From positions 1,054,001 to 1,118,000 of the forward strand of contig NC_134025.1 in NCBI RefSeq assembly GCF_964204645.1: 64,000 bases of DNA. The letters run 5' to 3'. The position numbers and the translations under genes are program-made. Source of the DNA: Tubulanus polymorphus (lineage: Eukaryota; Animalia; Nemertea). The notes beneath the pieces were generated by a model, which did no database searches, had not been told where the DNA came from, and saw only the letters and a list, made by a program, of their open reading frames with translations. Shown here in pieces: positions 1-11,109 of this stretch (position 1 is its first letter; every line of letters starts with the position of its first letter).

Positions 1-1459
1 GCCGATTTCACAACTGATCTATAAAATAATATTTTCGACAGAATATTTTCCGAATTATCTTCGAAATGTCTACACAGAAAAGTGTTAATAATTTCAGAAT
101 AAATTTACTCAGCAAATTCATTTCGTAGTCGGATAAACCTTGGAGTAATGGACTGAATACTCCAAGGATAAACTGAGTTGTTTAAAACTCATATGAATTC
201 AAATCCCAAATTTGATTCCGACTAAGTATGCGATAAAATACGTTGAGTGACTGATCTTAACGAGAGGATTTAGTGATAATGAATGTAACCTATGTAAACA
301 TTGAAAGTAGCCCAGAAACTGAGAAGTGATCACCGGTGTATTAGCATCGCAACAGTTTAAACCATTTAAACATCTGGATTTCATATTTGTAACATAGTTC
401 ACCTCTACACAGGATACGTGTTTTTACATCTGTCAAATCGAGTACTAATTAATAGACGAGATTGTGTTTAACTGCGGTTTTTAATTAGCGGAACCATTAA
501 TATCGTGTTGAGTCGACAAAATCATTGTCGTCATTTATTCAGCGGTATTTTTCAAAAAATGTGAATCTCCATGAAATTGAAAAAAAGAAAGAAAATTTAG
601 TACGACTTGTTAAAACGTTATTAAAAGTTAAAAAGTAGCCACATTTCTTCCAATATTCAGATTTTGATTATTAGTTTTCACTCTATTACGTAGAACATTT
701 TAGGAGTGACTGTCGTCATCGCGGTGGAAAGCCACATTTCTTACTTGGAAATTCACATGGAATTTCACAGTTCTAAAACAAAGGTAATATTTGGTGCTGA
801 AAGACCAGTAAAAACAGCTGCGGACAGATACTTAACGCTTCCTTTCATCTTCATCAAAAATCTATGTTTTATCTAGAGAACAAAGAGGAATTTCACTGAT
901 TCTCAGTTACGCATCGTGAAGTCTATGAAAATTAGATAACTGTTAACGACGCTGCTAAAAGAACAAGAGATATGGGTCAAAGTACTTTAAAATCTGGTAT
1001 AAATTTTGTCTTCATATGGCGGCGGCTTGTGGGTTGTTTGTTTGTGCGTCTTTTCAGAATCGTGTTTGAAATCTATACATGTATTGTAAAGACTCTGGGA
1101 GCCGTTCTCACCGTTCTCAGTATCTGAGTTCCTATAGTATGACATTATCCATATCTTATTCGCCCGCAATATTAAGCATTTTGTTGCTATTTATAAACGC
1201 GCATAACATTGATTGGAATCCTGAGATTAAGTAACAGAATTATAGGAATGTGGATGATATATTACACGAGTCACTATAGTAAATGTATTCTCATCATTAT
1301 TCTTTAGTTATCATCGCATCCGATCCGGGGAGAAATTAAAATCCTGTTGATAAAATGGCGGACATAGGGAAGGGGCCGTGGTTCGATAAACATCGAGAAA
1401 GCTGCTCCGGAAAATATCACGTTGGGTAGATTTCGTAGGTCCATTCAGAACAATACATT

Positions 1460-1632
1460 GGACCAGTTGCGCAGTGTTGGCTTAATACCAGTCTATGACA
1501 TCTGCATAGTCATGGCATAGACTTAAGACCAGTCTAAAACCAACTTTGTTTTATAGCCAATCTAACAATTTAAGACCATTCTTAAGATTTAAGACCACTT
1601 TTGGACTTAAGTCACGACTGTGCAACTGGCCC
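1460..1632. mobile_element. Harbinger-like MITE family B
   Basis: ggaccagttgcgcagt..actgtgcaactggccc inverted ends; internal cttaagacc repeats. Confidence 0.65.
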
Positions 1633-1767
1633 CTGACCAGTATAACAACTTAAGATTTCAGAGACCAGTCTCAATGTTCTAGACTTTTTACTGTGCAACT
1701 AGCAGGATAAACAGACTGGGACAAGTCACAAAGTCTAATTTCATATGGTGATTTCATACCAGACCAG

Positions 1768-1896
1768 GGCCCGGTTTCACGAAAAAGTTTAAGCTTAAAT
1801 CAGTGAAGTTTGAATTGTTGTCCTCATTGAAAACATGAAGTAACCAATGGCAATTACACCAAATATTTGAGTTTAACTCTTTTGTGAAACTGGGCC
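1768..1896. mobile_element. PIF/Harbinger-like MITE family A
   Basis: TIR GGCCCGGTTTCAC/GTGAAACTGGGCC, CAG TSD. Confidence 0.8.
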
Positions 1897-2511
1897 CAGC
1901 TGATAAACCCGTCCCGTGAAGGAATATTTTCAGTTCATTGACAGGGTTGATACTTAATGGCGCACACGTGTTCCACTTGAAATAGTGTACGAAAATGTCA
2001 ATGTTTTCTCACGACTGCTTTGAACCGGTGGATTCAAACTGCAGCCTTGAGCAGATTCTCACACCACCACTTCAGTGTAAAGCACCACTCGATAGATAAA
2101 ATCTTGAGATAATCACCGCAACCGCCCGTCAGCGAGTTCATAAAATATACGTTTGTTTATCGAAACTCTTACGGAATAGAATCAGTAGGAGACAAAAATA
2201 AATCCGCGATATTTATTAAGAAAAATCGTATTTTATTTCCTCTAATGAATATACAATATTATTACCGTTTATAATTTTACAAAATGATTATTTACAATCG
2301 AGAGTAACTCTTGAATATGTGGGTTTGGTGTAGTGGAGACTTTTAATAAATATTGAAATATAAAATTTAACCATATACCCATTGCATACATATATAGAAA
2401 TATATTACATAATGATAGTTGTCGGTTTTGAGCAAGATTCCGCGCACGCTTCAAATGATTTCAAATAATAAACAATGTCTCGAGTTTATTGTGTTCATAA
2501 CAGTCTTATAT

Positions 2512-5500
2512 TCACAAAGATGACATCACAACCTCTGAATCGTGACCGCTCTGTCCGTCTGGTACTGTGACGTCATTCAACATGGCGGATGTATTAGCCG
2601 GACGAATGTTATCGACGATATAAGAAAGACGCTCGAGACTCGATTCAGGTCCATCAAATCCTGAAATGAAATCACTTTGAAAATTACGACCAGCCGAAGT
2701 AAAACTATAGATTAGATTTACGCTCAGACATGAAGAATAAGATTAAAACCCAGTTGAATAAAACAAATTTATAAGTTTAAAATGTTCACACAGGTCTCTA
2801 GAGAGAGTGTGTAAACAGCTTTTGATTTTGATCCTCGATGAATAAATTTAGTATTCAATCTTTTAGATTTACATATAGCGGGGTCACAGTCTTATTTCCA
2901 GATACATGTAATTACTCAAAGATGCTACTATGGCTGCCAGGTTACAAAGACACAAAATTACTATTCAAATACATGTAGTATTGAAGAACTCACCAGAGCT
3001 GATGTTATTCATGTTTCTATCGTTCCAGCCTCCATTGGAAGAGTTTTCAGCTATCTGAAAAATAAAACATATTCATATTCTAAGTAAAAGCCGACATCAG
3101 AATATCAGATTTGCCGGTAATGAAAGATGCCTCACACGTGTATCTCTGATGTATCGCTGTATCTGGGGCCGAAAAACCCACTTTAAACGCATTTTTATTC
3201 CCTTTTATCTTCGACATAAAAAAATTGTAACTTCTTTCGGGAGTGTTTGTAAAGTAATACTTGAGTCAGACGATTTCTAATTTACGTTCATGTATCAATT
3301 ACACGGCGTGTATTGAGTCGTAATTTTCGGTGTGGATTTTTCACTGATTCAGACCGTCTTTTACACGTGTTTACAAAGTTGTAAACATCGAAACTAACCG
3401 GTAAAATTAATGAGTCTAAGTCGACGTAAGGACGCCATCTTAGTAACACCTGGCCACCGAAAATTTCTCCGCTTATGATTTACATTTCTGACACTGAATT
3501 GACGGATTGTGCCATATGGTGGTCATTAAAAATGTGCCGACAGTTTTTTATCATCAGAAGAGTCAGAGAGCTTTCAGAAGAGATAATTTGTTGATGGGTT
3601 TTTCTAGCAGCTGTCTTACGCATCAACAACTTTCTAAAGAGGGACCGAAATTTAGGGACTATTTCAAGAACGAATCGATGTTAGAAAACAAATAAAACAT
3701 TTTCTAGAAGAATTATTTCTTCTAGCATATTTTCTCGATCGATACCATATAGTACAAAATGTCCCTGTGTGATTGCGGTAAGGATAAGCAGAATGTAGAT
3801 AAGATCGGATATCGTAAACATTGTATCGGTCTGTTTTGATACTGGTCAACATCAATGATACTTTAATGAGCTACAGAGATACTAGTAACCATAACAACAT
3901 ACAGTCTGACACATTTAAATAAACATTACAAACAATCCGTGAAATTTATATCAAATAACAACCCGTATATTCCGTCCGGCCTTCGAAGTAACACTATTCA
4001 TAATCATTTCAAGATAATTTCACTTGAAATAATCTTATCATTTTATCGATAGAATTTAAGCACAGATTTCATAAAATAAGATAGAATGTAGATATATGAA
4101 AGTGACTATTTGTGATATTACCAATGGTTATACGTTAAAGACCTACAATATCTAGATTTAGCAACGAAAATCAGTTACGCTGACATTTCGGGAAGAAGCT
4201 TCTGTCCATTTCAGAGATTCAATTATTTTCCATTACAAATAAATCTCTGAAGATGGATAGAAGAATTCTACCCGAAATGTCAACAGATTTTGCGTTATGA
4301 TATCATCAATTATTGTTAGTGTATACAATATACACCACATAGACTAAAAAAGACGGTTGTTTTCAACGGAAATTCATGAGAAATGGCATTTTGATAAATT
4401 CTGTGTAAGACATAGGTATTTAAAGCAATGACGTCACAGGTACGGAGTCTGAGCTGGTGAGTGCCACGTGCGCAAATCTGTCAAAACTAATAGTGAAATC
4501 GTAGTATTTTTAGCTGATCTTTATTAGCCGAAGATACCGGTAATTAACACGAGGAGAATCCGATATCTCTCACTCCTCACATCGATCATTGGCCGTTCAT
4601 AAACTAACATCAATATTCAAGCGGCCAAATATTTCAGAAATTACCTATTTGAACTTCCAGCGAACTGAGATTGATCTATTGAGAATATCGGGGTTCGAAC
4701 TGCGTGATGAATTGGTTAACATTGATCCTAATAAGTTGTCATTAATTTTCGTTATAAAGAATGTGCGTAAATTAAGAATATAAGTGGTTCATTAAAGGGA
4801 ACGTAAACAGTTATACATAAATTTCAGAAGTAGAGATTAGAGAATCTCTCTGAATTCTTTGTATGGAGGCGGTTGTTGAACGTATTCAAGTAGATTAGTG
4901 AAATATCAAAAAAGACGATGATTTTTGTTTAAGCAGCGAAACTAAAACTCAAAAACTAAATCAAATCGTTTCCACAGAATTCGAAGGATTATGAAATGTT
5001 TCCGAAAAAGTTGCATTGGATTGAAATTGATCTTAGATTAGCGAACAACAAACAGCCTATCCCAAAATCTTGCGTAGTGTATTTTCGAACGATAGACGTG
5101 CTAATACAGTTCTATGGTAAAACAATAGAATGCGTAGTGACTGTTTTTTGTCACTGTGTGAAATGAGGCTAATGACAAACATACAACAGACTCTACTCCG
5201 TATGGGGTTCATAACGCAGGAGATACTCTACATCCGGTCATTAAAAATACTACCAAATCTAGTACGATGCGCCTGTGAGCCTGTGTTTGTGTGAAAGAAG
5301 TGGTTTTCCAGTCATAAACTTAGATAAAATATTTCCTGTCTATCCCTGACAGTTTAGGACCCGCTTCAACTGTAATTGTTGGATAAGTAGAATTAGTTCA
5401 TCACCAACGTTTGAACATAATATTCAAATTCTAACCGGGAACATTGGAACTGGGTCAATATAGTAGTTATGGGCTGGTTCTAATTCTGAGTTGAAATTTA

Positions 5501-6801
5501 AACATTGACAATGATTTGAAACTTGTCATTTGAAGTCAGAACTGTAGAACTGAGTCTTGGGTAAAATGGGAATGAAATACCCTAAATTTTAAGATCCAAA
5601 CCGAGTAGAAAATAACCTGGTTATATTCAGAGTCGAATAAAACCGCTCGAGTACGACGTAGAAAATGTAGCCCTGCACGTTCACCCTGGAATCGATTGAC
5701 TCGGATTATTATCGCGTACCGGCGCCTGACAATATATTTCACATTTTCTACTCCATAACGACCCATCCCTGCTCAACCTGTACCGGAATTCACGTTATAC
5801 CTCGAAGAGATCCCCGTGAGGTCAGAGATTCTGTGCTGTAAATAGAGCAAATTCAGTTCAAGTTTTATTCAAATACTCACCATATAATTTCTTCTAAAGC
5901 TACTCTTTAAATTCGCGAACGTGTCGGCATCGAATTTATTTCCTTGCAATAAATCTTCTAAACTTTCGATATAATCGATCGCGTTTCTGAGTATTTCTAC
6001 TTTCGGAAGTCTCTGATTCGGATTCGCGCACGTTCGTTTTTTCAACGCGTCGAAAGCTTCATTGACCCTCAATAAACGACGTCTTTCTCTCATCGTCGCC
6101 GCCTTCCTACGATCGACGGTGCCCGTTTTTTTCTTGCACGCTTTACAGGCCCACAGTAAACAGCGCCGGCCGGGGCCATGCGACGATTCACTATCGGGAG
6201 CTAAAACATGAGGCGTATTCTCATCGTCATCGTCATCATCATCTTCATCTATATTACTAACAGAATCGTCCGGCTCGCTTTTAACTTCTGTGGCGATATT
6301 TTTCCGGGTTTTAGTCGATTGTTTGCGAGTGTTTTTAACGGGGCTGGTGCTCGGCGTGGAGCTGTGTTCACTGTCGCCACCACCTCCAGGGGTCAGCACC
6401 GGTTTTACGGGTGTCAAGCCGCCCTGAACCGATACGGGTGAACTACTATTCGAGCCGCTTGCTACACTACCGCCGAAACTATAAACGGACCGGTTCGGCT
6501 CTTGATGAAGTCCGAAATTTGTGTTACTTATTCCTCCGTAATATCCGTGACAGTCCTGTTTCACGCCAACGCCCCCTATCTGCTGCAAAGGGTCTGTATT
6601 CTGAGGGTACGGTGCCGGGGGCGCGTATCCATAGTAACCGGTGGCGGCGGCGGCGGCATTGTTGCTGGCTCTGTAAGCGGCTTCTGTTGAGAAATAACCA
6701 CCGTAAGAGGAGTTGAGCCTCTGATCAAAATTCAACATGTGTGCCGTGCTATCGTACCAAGATCCGAAGTATCTACAACTTTGTGTATCTGTAGCCGACA
6801 T
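2512..6801 (-). CDS. MyoD: Myogenic regulatory factor (MyoD/nautilus family bHLH), 3 exons: 6801-5881, 3054-2994, 2660-2512
   Basis: Exon 1 has the His/Cys motif [17 protein letters not shown] and the b[39 protein letters not shown]. Exon 3 encodes helix [20 protein letters not shown] sites are phase-compatible (0, then 1). Confidence 0.95.
4140..4345. mobile_element. Hammerhead palindrome family 2 (MyoD intron 1)
   Basis: atctCTGAAGAtggatagaa..ttctacccGAAAtgtc with a degenerate inverted arm gacatttcgggaagaa..ttcagagat. Confidence 0.65.
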
Positions 6802-7882
6802 TTTCAACACTTTAGATAACAATACGAGCAAAGGTTTTTATCGAATGCGCAGCTGTTGCGAGAACTGCTGTTATCCAAATATCAGCTAATAATTCCTCGC
6901 CCTCCTCTGATTTTTCTGTCGACAAGTTATTTCAGCCCGAACGGCGCAAAAACATCTACTGGACGCGATGGTAGTTTTACTGTCCACTGAGGTAAGAGGT
7001 TCTGGTTCTGACACGGCCCGAGGGTGATTCTTGTCAAACGAGATCGCGTTGTACGATGTTATTGTATACTAAAGTTCAAGTGAAGAGATGAGATCGAGAA
7101 AGTTCAAATAAATAAAAGTTGTTGGCGGCCACATGTTGGCTCCAATCACACGCATCAATAGGCGTGAAGTACAGACACACGTTACGCCTATAGAACCGCC
7201 CACTTCTATCTCTTATCAGTGCTTCAATCTGTCAATCATTCATCCCGTTAGAAAGATGCTGGTTCTGTTTGCCAGTCCCATTCCACTTGAAGAGGAGACT
7301 GCTGCTGCGATACTTAGAACGATACCTAAATTATCCTGAAGAATGTCGAGTGACTTATAATGATGTGTTTGCCATCTATTGGAATTTCACCGAACTAGAC
7401 GAAAATTCTTCAATTGACAATAGCCAAGTTATAAAATGAACCACATTTTCAAACATGCCCCCTAGAATTAGTTTAACATGGTCGTCCTTTACTGACTTTG
7501 GTTTGAGCAGAGACTGGTTTGAGGGACTACTTCACAAAACACAACCTAAGAGTATATCGGATTTTAGATGTCGTTTGATCAAGTATCCGCGTAATATTTC
7601 TCTTCAAAAAGGAGTTTAAATTTGGTCCATCATATCGGAAAGATATAATCAGATGAATCTGATAACGATTTGACCAGGAGCAACAAATGTTGAACGAATT
7701 GGTAAAATTGGAAGATAATCGTTATGCACTAGCCTAGGGGATAACGGTACGATTTTGAAATACGTTGTTAAAAACCATATATATAGATCTCTTCTGATAG
7801 GATGGTGTTCTGTGATAAGCGGTAATTTAAAGGCAATTTGATCGATTTTTCCGTTCGAAGTTCCCGCAGATGTAACCAGAAG

Positions 7883-8956
7883 ATGCTTAACGAAACAGTC
7901 GTCACGGCACCAGCTTCACAGATTGATATGTGCGAACAGTGGCTTAAACAACCTTACCGGTCGGACTTTAAATTTAGCGTATACGTCTATCTTTTCTTTT
8001 ATGGTACCGCATCAATTTTTGGTATAATCTTAAACGGTTTTACCATCTATGTGTTAGGGAAACTGAAAAACAATGACAGCTATCATCTGGTGAAAGTGCT
8101 AGCTATTCTAGATCTGATGTACTGCGCGGCTGTATTCGTGATGTACCCTTTACGGATGATTCACGTATATATCGCGTTGGGTGATGTGGTATTTCACCGG
8201 GATGACTGGTACTTCGGTAAGGAGTATATTCGTGCATCTTTGGCGTTCTTTTACATGTTTCAAATGAGTCGCAATTGGGGCATTATGTTGATCAGTATCG
8301 AACGATTTATCATTGTTATTTTCCCATTAAAATCTCGAATGTTTTGGACTCGAAAAGTCGTCAACTTCGTCATTGTTTTAATAAATACTTTATCATTTAT
8401 GTTTTATTTGCCATATTTGTTTCCAGGTTGGCGTTTCCGAGTATTTTCATGTAAAGGTAGTCACTTGTACACTCTTATTGAATCGACAAATCATATCGAT
8501 TATGGTAGCAATGTTTTGAGTGATTGGCAACATATAATGACTGACATCGCCGGGACATTTTTCTCAGTATTAATCCCCATGTTTACATTGATATTTCTCA
8601 ACGCGATTCTAATTTCATTCTTGTTTGTACAAAGCGTACGTCGCAAAACAATCTCGACGGCAAGTTCTTCTGCTGAAGTTCAAGTTCTGCGCATGTCGTT
8701 TATCTTAGTTTTCATATTTATCATTTGCGAATCTTTGACATTCATCGAAAAATTATCATACAGCGAATTTTTAGGATACAAATTTCTGCGTATTGAAGGG
8801 GTTTATGACGGCGTTGATTCATCGATGGTTTATAGAAAAACCGCGATCGGGTTGACCGTCGTCGATTCTTGTGCGAACTTTTTCGCTTATTGTTCTACAA
8901 ATTCTAAATTCAGACTGAAAGCCAAATATATATTACGACCAAACACGAATTTATAA
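7883..8956 (+). CDS. Intronless class A (rhodopsin-like) GPCR, FMRFamide/peptide-receptor-like
   Basis: Seven hydrophobic segments; TM3 end SIERF (DRY variant); TM7 DSCANFFAY (NPxxY variant); N-terminal NET sequon. Confidence 0.88.
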   Translation: MLNETVVTAPASQIDMCEQWLKQPYRSDFKFSVYVYLFFYGTASIFGIILNGFTIYVLGKLKNNDSYHLVKVLAILDLMYCAAVFVMYPLRMIHVYIALGDVVFHRDDWYFGKEYIRASLAFFYMFQMSRNWGIMLISIERFIIVIFPLKSRMFWTRKVVNFVIVLINTLSFMFYLPYLFPGWRFRVFSCKGSHLYTLIESTNHIDYGSNVLSDWQHIMTDIAGTFFSVLIPMFTLIFLNAILISFLFVQSVRRKTISTASSSAEVQVLRMSFILVFIFIICESLTFIEKLSYSEFLGYKFLRIEGVYDGVDSSMVYRKTAIGLTVVDSCANFFAYCSTNSKFRLKAKYILRPNTNL

Positions 8957-10138
8957 CATGCAAGAAAACATCAGTCCACTCTCACCTTGCTTTGCAAAAT
9001 CTGATCGTTGTGTTCATACCGTTAATATATTAACGACGTAGGTAGTTAATTTTCATGACCTGTGAAACTTTTGAAGCCTTCTTTTATTCACAGGATCTCC
9101 CGAAAAACCATTTAGGTTTAAAACAAAAAATATAATAAAAACATTAAACTACACAAATACATCTAAATATAGTTGATATGATAGAATGCTTGATACTTCA
9201 TGAGATACATGTATGATCAAGTGTCGCTTGATGATTTGCCATCAAGCGACACTTGTAGATTTTCAAAGTCCGATTTTCTCAGTTCCTTCATGGAAGAATG
9301 ACTTGAGGTCATATGTATGAAATTAGGAGAGAGTAATATTGTTGTTGGAAAAAGATATTGTAATAATTATGACTATAGATTGTTTGTTGACGTTGTGTGC
9401 AGCATTTTTCATTGGAGGATTAAATCATGTAAAGTTTCTCGGTATGGTCGATCGGTGAATATAATGTTGTTTGTATTTATGACCAGTTGTACTGGTTTCA
9501 TTGAGTCTGGGGTTATCTGTATGTTCCAAAACAATAAAATAAAAGCTTGTTCTTCGTTATTTGTTTTGAATCAGTGTGGTAAGGCAGTTTTTCTGCAGCG
9601 GCCGCAGAAGATATCGATCACTGGAAACATGCGTATGCATGAATGGTACTTTCCTGTCATGTAAATAATGCGCAAGTAACACCGGTCATGATTGCCCACT
9701 ACCAATTTTCCGTAATTACGAAAATTGTCCTCAACATGACTATGATATTTTCCTAGGTCCGATTTTATCGATTTCCAAGTACGATTAAAAAAGAAATTCG
9801 TGACAAAGAAGCGTTTCACTTCAGGATGCCTTTTATCTTGCTTAGATAAAGAAATGAAGTTAGTGGCCGTACAGAAGGTGCACGGTAGATAACAAGGCCC
9901 CCTAACTCCATCGAGTGGTCCGGTGAAATATAAGCAGATCACTGAACAGAGAGAGAGAAACTGCTGTTGCTGTTGTTTATCACAGAATGAATGATTAGTT
10001 AGTGATGTTTCCTGTCATGAACATCATTACTGAAACTCAGACATATTTATTGTCGGGGCTCGATGGAACTGCTCGAAATCCGCGGTACCGTCATTTAGCA
10101 TCAGGTCACTGATTTAGTGTCAGTAAATTATGCTGTAC

Positions 10139-10280
10139 GGTGCTGCCGCTATGATCGACACTAGCGGATTTTGCATAAACTAACACAAACTGACTCTGGC
10201 AATAGACTCTCCTAAGTTGCCAGAGTCGATTCACGTTAGTGTGTGAAAAATCCGCTATTGTTGAGCATTGCGACAGCACC
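10139..10280. mobile_element. Fold-back MITE family E
   Basis: ggtgctg..tagcggattt..gactctggcaa / ttgccagagtc..aaatccgcta..cagcacc. Confidence 0.65.
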
Positions 10281-10309
10281 TGACGGTGTCGTGTGGCAGC
10301 ACGTCTATT

Positions 10310-10582
10310 ACATGATTCGAACCCGGACACCCTGTACACCCTCTATTTGGAATTAGGACAACTCTGAATCAGTATCAGTAATTACTGGGTTCGAACCCGG
10401 GACACTCCTGTACATTGTTTATTCAGCATCAGGACCACTCCGCAGTATCAGTGATTACTGGGTTCGTACCCGGGACCCTCGTATCTTGTATTTAACGTCA
10501 GGACCACTCTGAATCAGTGTCAGTAATTACAGGGTTCGAACCCCGGACACCCCTATACCAGATCCATTATTCAACATCAGGA
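10310..10582 (+). repeat. ~70-75-bp tandem repeat with B-box-like GGTTCGAACCC
   Basis: About 4 units: caggaccactctgaatcagtatcagtaattactgggttcgaacccgggacac.. Confidence 0.75.
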
Positions 10583-11109
10583 CTTGCCAATGACTGGATA
10601 TTGCCAATAAAGTTGAGTTGATATTTGTTTGAATATATTCAATTGAATTGACTATAATCAGGGAATCCCCGCTACATGGCGCCACTGTTAATGCACATGT
10701 GGGGCTATCCCAATAAGTAGAGCTATTCGACTGATATTAATTAGTTTTGTTCTATTCTACCGGTTCGTATATAAAATCTAATTGTACTGTGTAATACCTC
10801 ATACTTTTATCTTTATTTTCAAATGTTGTTTTATTGATATCAAACGATAAGAATTGGTGAATTATTGGGGGAATCCCTACTCCAAAACAACAAACAAACA
10901 GGGAATCCTTACCTCCACCCAGCTAGCCTAAATAAATAATGTTAGTTACCTAATTGTTGATGGTAAGCTTTTTTGATATTCGGATGGGCTTTGTAAAAAT
11001 ATCCGACCGTGAAACTAAACCACAGACAAGTTACTGGGGCCCTACCCGATGCGAATCCCTTCTACTATAGAGATGATGATCCCTTCTTCTATTTTCATTC
11101 AGTGTCAAG

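Noticed and set aside
6208-6716. Plus-strand ORFs overlapping MyoD
   Set aside because: Antisense shadows of a GC-rich coding exon.
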